64,000 nucleotides of DNA from the human T2T-CHM13v2.0 reference genome, Homo sapiens. Of this stretch, positions 34,974 to 50,966 are shown one piece after another. The position numbers and the translations under genes were made by a program. The stretch lies in the NCBI RefSeq assembly GCF_009914755.1, contig NC_060936.1, one strand, 5' to 3'. Below the pieces are notes generated by a model, which did no database searches, was not told the DNA's origin, and was given only the letters and a program-made list of their open reading frames with translations. Within the stretch, counting starts at the first letter, position 1; every line of letters begins with the position of its first letter.

Positions 34974-35285
34974 GGTCGGGTGTGGTGGCTCATGCCTGTA
35001 ATCCTAGCAGTTTAGAAGTCCAAGGGGGCAAATTGCCTGAGCTCAGGAGTTCGAGACCATCTTGGGCAACATGGTGAAAGCCCGTCTCTACTAAAATACA
35101 AAAGAAATTACCAAGCGTGGTAGTGGGTGCCTGTAGCCTCAGCTACTCGGGAGGCTGAGACTCAACAATTGCTTGAACCCAACCCGGGAGGCAGAGGTTG
35201 CAGTGAGCCGAGATCGCACCACTGCACACCAGCCTGGGTGACAAAGCTAGACTCTGTCTCAAAAAAAAAAAAAAAAAAAAAAAAA
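34974..35285 (+). mobile_element. AluS
   Basis: TSD tagcaattatataattca at 34955-34972 and 35289-35306. Confidence 0.95.
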
Positions 35286-35387
35286 GGATAGCAATTATAT
35301 AATTCAACCTGAAAGAAGATTTATTTTTAATACAGCCAAATAAAAGACCACCCAAAACAATATCACAAGAAAGGTATAATTATTTCT

Positions 35388-35393
35388 TTTATT
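35388..35393 (-). terminator. Distal polyadenylation signal AATAAA
   Basis: tttatt on +; followed on minus by cctttcttgtgatattgttttgggtggtctttt (GU/U-rich downstream element). Confidence 0.55.
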
Positions 35394-36057
35394 ATTTTGG
35401 ATCAGTTACAACATGATAAAATGATATATACTTAATATTTGTCACATCATGTTTATTAAACCAATCAGGCAGTATGAAAAGAAATAGCCTAGTATTTAAA
35501 AACTATATATCAGGATAAAATGTATTTCTTTGTCACTAGAAAAATATGTTTTAAATAGATTATGTCTACTTGGAAAATAATTATAAAAGGCAGCCACAGA
35601 AATATATTTTGTCATGTACAGTAGATATTTAAATAAATATAAAAATAAAATTTTAATGGATTAGAATAGCTTCTACACACTAATGAGGTGTTGTTATTTT
35701 ACTTAAGAAGAAAAATGAAATAGATATTTTGTTTAGGATATTTTAAAGTTACTTTCTGTGTCTACCATTTAAAACCCAACTCTAAAATATGTTTTTTCTC
35801 ATAAGCACACAATGAAATAAAAAATTATATAATATAACCATTAAATCAGCTTAAAGAGACATTTGGGGTTTATTAAGTCAGTAATACTATTATTAAAAAT
35901 AAACATTGATGCCACATTTAAAAAAATCGTAGTAGCATGAAGATTTAATTTTTCTTTCCCAAAATGTATAAGGTCAATTACTGTTAATGTTTTAAGTCTG
36001 CTAAAATACGTATTCATTCATGTACAAAATGTACAAGCATCATTTACCATCTATAAA

Positions 36058-36076
36058 ACACACACACACACACACA
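36058..36076 (+). repeat. Short (AC)n
   Basis: Seen directly. Confidence 0.85.
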
Positions 36077-36197
36077 AAAGCTACAAACCTCTAAAATTTA
36101 GCCACTCAATTCAAAAAGGGAGCAGGGGGCAAAGAAGTTAATAGGAAAGAGTAAGGCTAACAAGACAGATGATAAAGTAATTTAATAAGAATTCATT

Positions 36198-36568
<371 letters not shown>

Positions 36569-38119
36569 TTATGAGAAGTACCTCTAAAATATTTCTGGGT
36601 TCAGAGATGAGATTCCAACTAATTGAATGGAACAAACGTATATCATAGAAGAGCTAGCACATTAAAAAGACTGTGGAAAGGGTAAGATTTCAGAGCATTG
36701 CAGAAGGATAAAAAGGAGAATTCCAAGTGGAAGGATGACCAAGGATGAATCTAGGTCCTGTTACAGAAATTAAGAATAGTCAGCTTTGGTTTGTTTCTTC
36801 TAGCTGCATATAGCAATTTCATAGTTAACCTGTCAGATTACTCAAGAATTTATACTTTAACATTTCTATAGATAATAACATTACACTTTCTATCAAGTTC
36901 TATACTTATAATTCCAATTCTCACTTAATTTAATTACAAATAGTTCAGTATCCAGACATGAGGGCATTGTATTTCAGTACTTCTATTTGTGTTAATATAT
37001 TAACATGTAACTGTAAATTAAGAGGTTCACCATGGTAGCTGATGAAGGATTAAAACTTAATGATTGTAGTGATCAAACGCACAAATACATTTGTATAACT
37101 AATGAGCAAATGGAAATTCTGAAATGAATTTAAAAAGCAATGGTACTGCTTTCTGAGACTTACAAACATTATTTACTGTAAAATGTAGAAGAATTGAGCC
37201 TTAAATGCATTACTGTGCTTAACTGTATAAAAGCAGAAGTTAATTCAAAGTTTCTAAGATGAAATTATCTCTCCAGGCCTACTTCTTATCAGAACCTCTT
37301 GAATTCAGATAATTAGTCAAATAGATAAGCATGTTCTTTCAGTATTTTCTCACTAAAGATAAGAATAATTCAAAGAGATGACTTCCACTGTAGGAAAATG
37401 ATACAATGGGTTTATCATTTACGATGATCTTCTGAATTTGATCCCCATTAGTGAACAATGAATATGTCAGTGGCTTATATTGTTGAATAATTTTATGGAC
37501 TCTTAGTCAGGTGAACTTTCCTTTCACAGATGACTATTCAATTTTATCTTTTTTAAAAAAATGTAACCGATGCCAGAATTATTACTCTTTATCACTGTAT
37601 TTTTCCATAGAATGGAAATTTCTATTTTTCTTACCAGCCAACTTGAAATAAGACCTGAAAATATCTATTTTGGTACAAGAAATGATAGTATAAATGCTCA
37701 CGAAACTGAAACAATCAGAAAATTCTAAATGTCTTCCCAAAGATGAGTTAAAAGACAGGAGAAGGCAGGAACAAATATGTTAAGAAGATTTAAGGAGCAA
37801 TATATTTTTTTAAATGAGTTAACAATAAAGTTGCTTTAAAAAATTAAATACTTTTCAAATTTTGAAAGTAAAACAATAAGAAAACTGAGTTAAAACCTGC
37901 ACTAAAAGTATGCAAAAGAATAAAAGAGAAGAAATGAGAAGGATTGGGACCCTTAACCAATGTCCACATATTAAAACTAAGTAAAATAATATTTCTACTT
38001 ACATGTGCAGTGACACACAGGAAAGATATCAGCTAAATAAAAATAAACTGCAGCAGTATTCAGTTAACAGTACAATAAAAAATAATTATTTCATTATGAT
38101 TGCATCATGTGTTCATTGG

Positions 38120-38245
38120 CAGGAAGGAAGCAAAGGAAAAAAAGAAGACGGGAGAAGGAGAGATGAAGGCAGGAAAAGAGAGGAAGTAAGGCAGACAGGA
38201 AGGCAAATAAGAAGAAAGTAAGCAAAGAAGGGAGAGAGAAGAAAG
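38120..38245 (+). repeat. GA-rich low-complexity tract
   Basis: Near-pure purine run on +. Confidence 0.7.
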
Positions 38246-39243
38246 CACATTTCTAATTAAAACACAAGCATAGTAGGCCATAATAATGATTGTCAGTCAA
38301 GATAAGACCTAAATAATCCCTTCAATTTCTTGAATTCTTACTAGTGTGTTGGGGATTTTGCTGGTACTTTTTTAGGAACTAAGTCTCTTTTAAGCACTTT
38401 AGATGAAGAAATAAGACAATCTGAGTTATAGCATAGCAGAATAAGTCTTTTGTCCATGTGGTCTCCTCTCTGTAGGTTCAGAGACAAAATGCTAATAATT
38501 ATAGCAGATTCTATTTTATCCACAGAAGGGTTCCAAATTCCATCATTGCAACTTTTGTAGATAGGACATAAACAAATAACACTATGACTGATTTTCTCTG
38601 TAACCCACACTATACCTCACTCAGTGAATGAACATGGGTTTGGTCAGGAGATCTGAATTGCCAGATAGCAAACATCCACACATAGCTCTTAATAAATTGA
38701 GGCTTCTTTATAAAAATTGCTGTTTGTATGCAGCACTTGGCCCTGCCTCATCTGTACCCTATACGTGTCTGATTCCCTGCCAGTATTTATACATGTCCCA
38801 ACAGCAGCCTGTTTCATAGGCCTCAACAGGTAGAAGGGTTCAGGAAGTGATATACATGATATGTTGTATTATCAAGGATCAATTAAAAGAACCAAACTTT
38901 GAATTAATGCAGTTACAACACAGTAGCTCCCATATACTTTACAGATTTAAAAATTCCAATTATACAGTGTTGGAAAAATATATATTACAGCACATTTTAA
39001 TTCTACTTCTTCATGTTTGAATATTTGGACTGTCTAATATTGAGGATTGCTTTTAAAGTTTATGTAAATCGTTTTCCACAGACGCTAAGGAAGATTATCA
39101 TATGATTCCCATCAAATTATTTCTGTGTTCTACAACGACAAGCTATTTGTGCTGCATTCGTGATAAATAGTTCATTGCTTGAACTTGCAATAATTAAAGT
39201 TCCTTTGGAAATTTCACATCAGAAACAACACATTTCTCGAGTT

Positions 39244-39249
39244 TTTATT
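39244..39249 (-). terminator. Proximal polyadenylation signal AATAAA
   Basis: tttatt on +, ~120 nt after the stop; followed on minus by GU-rich aaatgtgttgtttctgatgtg. Confidence 0.65.
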
Positions 39250-39368
39250 AACTATTGAATACTACAATATGATTTACATTTTTTTGAGTGTTATATTTAA
39301 AATGAGGTTTCCTATTAAATTAAACAAACATTAAAACATGAAAGCAGGTCAGAAAGGAGCCATTGGAA

Positions 39369-40679
<1,311 letters not shown>

Positions 40680-40714
40680 TCAGAAAGATGGTTTAACATT
40701 AGTATGCTTTCTAG

Positions 40715-41017
<303 letters not shown>

Positions 41018-41051
41018 GAGAGAAGCATTTTTAAGTTGAGAATAACAGTCA

Positions 41052-41409
<358 letters not shown>

Positions 41410-41554
41410 TTATCTTTTTATTTCCTAGTGTGCTCTGGGAAGAGCAAACTTTCATTCAAGAAAACTGAGGCTATTTTAATTAAAGCATAGGTAGCGATAG
41501 TGAAATCATAGAGTTAAAAATAGTACAAAATGGAAAAATCGTCATTCTTTTTCA

Positions 41555-42270
41555 TTAACAATTGTTTATTTCATGCCAACTATATGCCAGACACACCTGA
41601 AGATACTAAGGATATAGTAATAAACAAAGAAGACAAGAATGCTGACATGAATATGTAACTAATGTAATATCAAATCACAGTAAATGCTATGAAGAAAATT
41701 AAATGGGGCAAAGGAATAGAAAACGACCTGGAAGAAGGGCGGTCTATTTTACTTAAAGTGCTTAGGACAGTCTTCCCCAAGGAGGTGACATTTGAATAGG
41801 GATATCCATTATCAAAAAGAGGCAATCAGAGTTCTCAGGAAAGAATTCCAGGAACAATGAGCAGAAGTATAAGGATCTAGGGACAGCAATACTGTGAATG
41901 TAGTTGAAAGCTGAGGATAGCAGAGTTGGAAATTGCTGCTGGTGGGAAGGAGAGATTAAATAATAGGCAACAGAGGGGATGGAGAAAAGCAACATCTCCT
42001 TTCTCCATCCCCTACTTTAGAGAAGGGGGAAGCGAAAGAAAGTGTTAGCTAACACCTTCCTAAGCTAAAGCAACTGGAAAGTTTTAAGTAGAGGTAAAAC
42101 TAATTTATGCTTTACATATGTCTGTCTTCTGTTTGTGAAATGGACTGGAAAATAGAAAAAAATAGAAGCAAGAAGCCTATTCCATCAGTCTAGAAAATAG
42201 ATGATGATTTCCTGGACTAGAGTTTTAACAGTACAGATATCATAAAGGAATCAGAGTTGGGATATAGATG
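41555..42270 (-). mobile_element. L2 relic
   Basis: tgtttatttcatgccaactatatgccagacac...gaggtgacatttgaatagg motifs. Confidence 0.6.
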
Positions 42271-43639
42271 ATTAGACAGATAGATCCCCCCTACCCAGCA
42301 CGGAGAGGCACACACATGTATTTATGTAAATATACATGTATATATGGGCTTGATAGTACTTTTCTCTGTTCTATAGAAGGTCAAGGGGAAAAAAACACTT
42401 CAGTTCTCTGGAGAAAAAATGACACAGGTAGTAAAAGAAGCAAAAATTCCATGATGTCTAGATCATACCTATTGGAACATTTTTAAGATCATACTTTCCA
42501 TCATGACTATGCATCAAGTTGACTGTGTCTTTCATAATGCCTCTTTAAAAGAATGCTAAGAAACAAATGACATGAAATTAGCTATGCTACAATGTGATTT
42601 ATGATGGTATAACAGTTTTGAGTAGTAATTGGCTTCTTGTGAAAGTTAAGTCAAATCATTTATCACTTTATTTATATAGTGCACTCAAAGGATATGACTC
42701 CAGGGACCACTTACCAAAGAAAATTTCCCTGCCTTCTATAATAATTTAACATTTAGAATTTATAGTGTTTATGTTTTGGCAGCAATAGTGATTAATTCTA
42801 TGTTGCTATCTTTATTTTAAATTAACTAACTCTTATACTTTGGTTATTGACTCACATGAAGTAAAAAAGTTGTTACTAAAGGTGAAAGATACATCAGGGA
42901 TGCCAAGTAACACTAAAGATTAGGTCCAACTCCTAACAAAAAATTTCCAGGAAAATATAAGTATTCACATGGAGGAAGTAAAATGTTATAGTTTATTACT
43001 CAAAAAATCACACCAAGTTGTGATAATTCTCTTATAAAATATTTTGCACTTAATGACTCAATACTGAGTATTATATTTTGAAGTAAGTATGATATTTGAC
43101 AATGTTTATAATTCATCATTTAATAATTGCAAGTAGCAAAAGAGTAGGTTAGAAATTAGAATACCAAACTTACTTTCATATTTTGATTAGTAGAGAAATA
43201 AGACACAAATACTGTCTAAACAAAAACAAGTAAGTTCTTTAAGTAAGTGATACTAACTTACTGTGTTATGGCTATATAGCACAAGTCAGCTCTAAATAAA
43301 TCCTTACCTTAATATGTTTTAATTATGTGCATGCAATATCCAAAATTAGTATAACATTTTTTGTACCACATAGAGTTAATTTACTTCAACTAGGATATTT
43401 GAAAAGCAATAAACAATATTCTATGTACTTATTGCATGTTAAATTACAAAATTTTATTTTAAAATAAATAATGGTAAAAATAAAATTAAATAGTGGTCAT
43501 AATTATCAACCTTATAATGCTAATAGTTATTATGTTAAAACTAAGGACAAATTTGTTTTATGTTATTTTTTGGTATTTAAGATTAAATTCTAAAAGAAAC
43601 CCTGTTCAAAATAAATAGCATTAAAGATAGTAACTATCA

Positions 43640-43880
43640 ATCATAAAGTATCTAAAATGTTCCAGGCACTGTTCGAATCTCTTGCATGTACTAAGTAATT
43701 TAATTGTCACCATTCTGTAAGGAAGGTAAAAATATTATCCCCATTTTACAGATAAAGAAAGAGAGGCACAAGAGGTGTTGGTAGCTTGCCTCAGGTCACA
43801 CAGTGAGTGGTACAATGAAGGTTCAAACATAAGCAAGAAAACTGGCTCCAGAGTCCGCAGTTCTAACAACTACACTATAA
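43640..43880. mobile_element. MIR
   Basis: attatccccattttacagataaagaaagagaggcaca...cttgcctcaggtcacacag core. Confidence 0.8.
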
Positions 43881-44325
43881 AAACAAATTTATAAGTTTTA
43901 TAATTTAGATATGTGGATTAATTTGGAAATAATATGAACCACTTTTTTAGCAAGAACTTAAATTAGTCTTTGATACCAATGGAATGAACCACAGTGCCCC
44001 ATTAGAGCACTCAAATGATCGAGGAAGAACTTTTTCCACTAGGCAGCCATAAAGAAATGTGTGCAGAAATTGTTCTCTTCTGTGCCTTTTTAATTTTAGT
44101 CAAATCTTGTTCTATAGTTGATGCAGTAATAAAATATTTCTGGCTGACCTGGGTATCTCCCTTAGCTGACAAAACTCTCATGTAACCAAAAACCTCTGTT
44201 GTTGTCTCCTCAGAGTAGTCCCTATTTCCTGTAGCAGACATATAAATTCTTCATCCCTACACTAGAGCTCTGAAGGAGACTCAGAAACTGAGCATATATT
44301 CATTTTTAATAGTAGAATAGTAATA

Positions 44326-44349
44326 ATGATGATGATGATGATGATGATG
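44326..44349 (+). repeat. (ATG)8 trinucleotide repeat
   Basis: Seen directly. Confidence 0.9.
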
Positions 44350-47300
44350 TATGTGACAATTCCCCAATACTCCCATGACCCCTATTCCAATTGGAATCCT
44401 TCCTGCTTAGGAAGGATCAAATTCTTGTGTATTGTGGCCTCCTCCAGAGATCTGCCAGTTTTCAGCTCATATGGAAAGAACACTAATGATCATCATGCAC
44501 ATTGGTTCTGTTACATACTAAAAAAGTAATGCCTTATTAATAACCTCACAATCTGACTGGCACCAAAACTATCATTTTCTTTTTTTCTTTTTTAAATCTG
44601 CCCCGAATGTCCTTCTATTTTCTGCAGTCAGCTATTTCTCAATATTTCGGGGAAATTTTACAATCATTCAAACAGAACAATTTTTAAAAATTCTTCTGAG
44701 CACATTTAAAAGTAATAACCATCTATTACTGAATTTAGGCAATAAATCATTCATAACTATTATATGCTTCACCAAGCCTAGAGTCTCCTTTATAGCAGAC
44801 TTAGGATTTATTTAAAATAAACCATATTTATTTTATAATGTGGCTGCGGCTGAGTTTCTATTCATTTATTCCACAAATGTTTGTTAAGCACCTCTTCTGT
44901 GGCTGGCACTGTCATGGGAAATGTGTATGATACAAAGACATGTGTGATTTACAAGAAAATGTTTCTCTCTTATGGTGAGAAACAGTGCCAGGGTTGAGAA
45001 TGGAACGTTTTGTTTGTTTATTGGTGGTTCTAGCGCTAAATTCCTTATTACATTAGTAGCACCCAGTTGCTAGACTGATATAGACTTATGACCCTCAGCA
45101 TCATTTCATAAAGTTAAAAAAATTAAAAAATATAGAAAGGATATGGAATAAATATCCATCAAAATTAAACCAGTTTAGAAATCTTAAATAATCATTACTT
45201 TATAGACATAAACACTTTCATTTGATCACAGCCCCATGAAAATCCAGTCGTCTGATATAAATAAATATTTTAACACTCGAACTGGGCCTAAATAAAATGT
45301 TCCCATCTCAATCTCTGAAAATTTACTATTTAGTAGAAATAATATCTACAAACGCAAACACAACTAAAGTTTAAACATACAAATTTAGACTAGATAGCTT
45401 GGTTCGTTATGTAATACCATGTAACAAACAGTTCTTAACTAATGGATTCAAATCTAGTAGTTGAGACACACAACCTCTGATTCTAATGCAACAGGGGATT
45501 GCATAAAATATGCACATATATTGCATGTGTAAAATTGTTATTTGTTCTGTTTTACTTTGCTTTGTGTGTGTGTGTTTGTTGGGGCTGAGCAGATAAACAT
45601 TGCTTTATTTTGTTTCTAATTTATGAAATCTCATATCCCAAGATTCATGTCCATTTTCTATTCTTACAAATATTTTCCAATTTATATGAACTGATTATGT
45701 GTCAATAGTTATTTTTAAATTAACACTTGGAACTCAATGCACTTTTCCTCATAAAATTAATGTTTTACCTACTATAGTTAATCAAACTCCTGGGTTGAAT
45801 GCTTTTAGGTAAGGTATAATTTTGCCTCCCTTTAATTCTATTATCTTCTTCTTGAACATTGAGTATAAAGGCAAGCATTGAGAGAATCCCCTGTATCTGA
45901 CTCTGGAATACTAGAGGAATAGGGACTGAGACTGAAGGCAGATGATAAAATTGATATTGATGTTGGTTCCAGGAGTGATCCTCACTAGATACTCTGGAAG
46001 GGAGTAACCAACTGGTGGATATCCTAATGGGCACCTCTATAGGAATACCATAATTGTTTGCAAGTGTAGGTTAGTTTAAATTAACTGGTTATAAAATAGA
46101 GATTTCCTGGATTATGGGATTCCAAATTTATTACTCCTGTGTTACATTATAGAGGAAAAGCATTTACTCAAAAAAGTGTACATTTAACAGAATAAAGTAA
46201 CTATCACACTCACAATTTATGCCAGTTTCGGTCTTGAATTTTAGGTTAACTTGATAACTGTTATCTTCGCAATTTGCAAGTAGATATAAAATTTCATAAG
46301 CCAGAATTCAATCGGGTCATGGCTTCAAAGTATAGTACTTAGCATCCTAATAGCTTATTATCCATGAACTTTCTTTAATAAATTATATGGTCAGAAAGAT
46401 TTGAATCAGTTATCTACACCATTACATATAACAAGGTAATTCACCAGATGTCCACTTTAAGCAGGAAAAACAATGAACAAATAAAAATTCAGAGTACCAT
46501 CTTACTCAGTGTTAATTAGGGTATGTCACATTTTGGTTCTGATTAAAACTCATCACAATCAATAAAACTTAAGAAGTTGTACAATGAAATATATGTTCAA
46601 AATTGAATAAGATCATAGCTGTGTTTGGACTTGACTTGAACTAGTTTGTCCATTTCAAGAATGGTTCCTAACAAAAGAGAAAATGCTCTTTTAGTCATAT
46701 CTAAACTATGACTCCCACAATTTCATAACTACTCCACACAATTATCTTTTTAGTTATTGGAAATTGAATGAAAAGCAATTCAAAACATCATTCAAAAGAT
46801 TTTGTTACACTATTATATGCACATATTATGCTACAACTATATGTAGTATACATTTATGAAATTTCTTATGCACATAACTATTCTTAGTTGTATATGTGTT
46901 TTTGATACCTTATTAAATTTGATAATATTAAATATATCCTAAGGTTTTCACAGAAATATTTTGTTTTGTTGCTTAGCATACTTCTGTTTATTTTAAAGAT
47001 AGTTTATAATCACATAGTATGTTTGAAAATTATTAATATATACACAAGAGAAATGTTTTAAAGTTCATAATGCTATAATATACATTTTAATTTAATATCC
47101 CCTGAAATATTGATGAGATTCATTTGTAAATATTTTGAAAAATATATAGCAGGAACGATTGGACTTGAAAATTTAAATTTATGATTTTATCTTAGTTTTT
47201 ACTATCAGATTTTAAAAATTTAGCTAAATCTTTTTTTCTAATTCTATATATTCTTCACTATAATACTGCAATATAGATGTCTGGCATATTTCTGCAAATA

Positions 47301-48872
47301 AAAATAAGAGTAATAGAACTGGAAAATTGTGGAAAATATACTGTATAAATACAGGTTATTAGGAATGACAATAAAATTACCACTATTATTATTTAATACA
47401 GAGAATGGTGTAGTGTTTTTAGTATTCTTATTCAGTAATCTTATTGAACTTACTATAGTAGTTAGCAATATTATTTTATAAATATTTTCTAACCTATGCA
47501 CAATGTTTTTTCACCTGTTTCAACTAGTCTGTTTTTTTATTGGCATGAACTCTACCAAAATAAAATAACTCTTAACCAAATAAGAGGCGTTTTAAAAATC
47601 ATTAGTATACACTTTGGATCAAAGATGAGCCCAAGAATGTTTTTAATCTTCCCCTGATTTATAGTTTTCTGATTTTGACTAAATTTGTGCTAATGAGGCA
47701 CATTTCACTGAAAAGATAGATATATACTTGGTTATTCGTCAACACCAGTTTAATTATTCAGGTTTTGCCTTTTTAGAATATCTTCATCATAAATTCAAGA
47801 GGATTTATATACTACATGAAACTTTCAACAACATGTGTTAGCCTCAGGGATATTTTTCCATATTCATTCTGAAATATTAGTGAAAAATTGAATATGAAAC
47901 TTTTTACATTGACTCTATTATGAAGAAAAAGCTTAAAATAGTTCTCCATTGATAATTAGCATTAATAACATAAAAAATTACACAGAATTAAAATGAGTTG
48001 GCTTGTAATAAAAAGGCAAGATTCATACAATCAAATATACTTTGAAAATAATTTAATTGACTAAGCACAAAGCATCAAGAAATAAATTAAGTTTAAATCT
48101 TGAAGTTTTAAGATAAAATATTGTCTATGATATTGTAACATCAAATTGGAGATTCAACAGAATTTATATTTACAGAAAAAGAATTTAGTGTGGAGGTAGA
48201 GAAAAATGAAGATAAATGGATATAATTTGGCAATCTTTATTCAGTGATCCAAAGATAAAAGGCACTAAAGTTGGGGTCTGGAAAATCAATCAAAGAGCAA
48301 AATTTCTTCCTAGTGTATAGTAAACACTAAACTTTGGCTGAAATTTTATATATAAAACTTAGCAGGATGAATACCAAACCCTTTCAAAATAATAAGAATA
48401 AATAAAATATTAAATTATTAATTAAGAATAATTACATTATAAGATATGCTTCTAAAACCCATTATATGAAGACTAGGATGCAATCTGTAAATATTTATGG
48501 AAAATATTGAGAACTCTGAATGTATTTTTCCATAGAACATATGAAATAACTCTTTATTTCCTAGGCCAGCCTGGAAAGTATAATACTAACACAATCTAGC
48601 TACTGTGTAAAGGAGTGATTCCAAGGGAAATGCTTTTATTGCTTGAGTCTCTGCAGAACAAGACTTCGTGCTTGAAAATCAGAGTCTGGACCTTTTCAGT
48701 TTCAAGCTATTGGTGGCACCTATGCCTAGAGATTGTGATGGAAACTTCCATCAGATTGAAGCATAAGGCCTGTGAAGCTTTGGGGGCATATCTGAGTCTT
48801 GGCCAGCTTCCCAAAACTGGTCTTTGTTTCCTTCTTATTACCATTGTTTATTCTCTAAACTGAAGTTTATCT

Positions 48873-49113
48873 CAGTGGTTCCCTACCAAGGGTGATTTGC
48901 CCCCAGGAGATATGTGACAATGTGTAGAGACATTTTTGGTTTTCACATCAGGTGGCACTGTTGACACACCCTGTTCCAGATTTAAAACCAAACAGTATGT
49001 ATCCAGTGGGTAGAAGCCAGGAAGATAAATATCCTACAATGCACAAGACAGCCTCTCACATCAAATAATTATCTGGCCTGAAATGTCAATAGTGGCACTG
49101 CTGAAAAGCCCTG
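48873..49113. mobile_element. MER20 (hAT-Charlie) with an internal duplication
   Basis: cagtggttccctacc...ggtgatttgccccccagg...aaatgtcaatagtggcactgctgaaaagccctg. Confidence 0.85.
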
Positions 49114-50082
49114 TTCCAGATTTAAAATAAAACATATTTTCATCATAGCTCCCCTTGTACCCCTTTTTCTTACCACTTCTAGGGAATCTAAGAGTAAAAT
49201 TTATTAAAGCAAAAATAGCAAGCCAGGGAGACCCACCAATCTCAAGTAGTCTAAAACATGATTAAAGGTGGCATTCTATTTAACAAAATATGAATAGAAA
49301 TTTTTTTTTTTTTTGCTCCTTTTCATCCCATCATCAACCTTTATGCTTGCTATAATTAATTCTACCCAACTGGGCCTCCCTTTGTTAACTCCAGAGCTGG
49401 TTCTAAGGAATAAGATTAATTTTAGTTCATGGAAAGGCTTCCATTCATAGCCTTGTAAATTTTTCTTCTTGATTAAGAAATTGTATTTGAATATATGGCC
49501 ACTATATATGGGAAATGAGCTATGGGATAAAAAGAAGATGTGTGGATGACATGACATACTCGGAATGGTGGAGACCCATGCAGTGATGGTTGTGGTAGGG
49601 CTGTGAGTCAGCACAATAGGTTATTGCAATTCTCTTATATGCCCTCCTTGAAGTTGTTATTTCTGTCCTGGACAGAAGGGACAAACAAAGATCAGAATTA
49701 GGAAGGAAGATTTCTAGGCACTCAAAGGTTAAGGAAAGAGGTGGCCAAGAAATTATTTGCAGTCTTTACAAGGTGAAAGGGAAACCCCACACACAACTGT
49801 ACGAAATGAGAGAGAGAGAAAAAAAACCCAAAAACCTCTGGTTTAGGGGAGTTGTAGGCATAAAAGATAGGTCTAAATAAGTCAGGGACAGCCTTTGAAA
49901 AATAGCTTAGCAATAAAATTAAACTGAATATAATATTTTGCTTTTGTTGTCCAGAAGACATTCTGGAATCTAATATGGTCACAAAGTCACCATTATTCAT
50001 GTGAATTGGTGACATGCATTATTCTAAACAAAAATATGGTTATTTGTGCTTTCTGATTGCTGAATATAAAGCAATGGTTGCT

Positions 50083-50966
50083 CCTTTGGGTAGATACCCA
50101 GTAATGGGATTGCTGAGTCTAATGGGATTTCTGAATTTAGGTCTTTGAGGAATTGCCACACTGTCTTCCACAATGACTGAACTAATGTACACTCCTACCA
50201 ACAGTGTATAAGCATTCCTTTCTCTCCACAACCTTGCCAGCATCTGTTATTTCTGGTTTTTTTAATAATAGCCATTCTGACTGGAGTGAGATGGTATCTC
50301 ACTGTTGTTTTGATTTGCATTTCTCTAATGATCAGTGATGTCGACCTTTAATTCATATGATGGTTGGTCGCATGTATGTCTTCATTTGAAAAGTATCTGT
50401 TCATGTCATTGGCCCACTTTTTTATGGGATTGTTTGGTTTTTTTCTTGTAAATTTGTTTAAGTTCCTTATAGAGGCTAGATATAAAAATGCATGTACATA
50501 CGCATATTTCATTGCAGCACTATTCACAATAGCAAAGACATGGAATCAACCTAAATGCCCATCAACAGCAGACTGGATAAAGAAAATGTGGTTCATATAC
50601 ACCATGGAATACTATGCAGCTATAAAAGAATGAGATCATGTCCTTACAAGGATATGAATATAAATGGAGTCCATTATCCTGGGCAAACTAACAGAAACAG
50701 AAAACCAAGTACTCACATGTTCTCACTTATAAGAGGGCGCTAAATGATGAGAACACATGGACATATAGAGGGCAACAACACACTGGGGCCTTTCAGAGGG
50801 TAGAGAGTGGGAGGAGGGAGAGGTTCAGGCAAAATAACTAATGGGTACTAGGCTTAATACTTGGGTGAAAGGATAATCTGTATAACAAACCCCCATGACA
50901 AAAGTTTACCTATGTAACAAACCTGCACTTGTACCCCTGAACTTAAAAGTTAAAAAAAAAAAAAAA
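50083..50966 (+). mobile_element. 5'-truncated, 5'-inverted L1 (L1PA13-16-like)
   Basis: 50083-~50480 is reverse-strand L1; ~50481-50966 is the forward L1 3' end with A-tail; TSD aaagcaatggtt(g/a)ct at 50068-50082 and 50964-50978. Confidence 0.9.

Noticed and set aside
44326-44529. Poly-Met ORF
   Set aside because: Artefact of the (ATG)n microsatellite.
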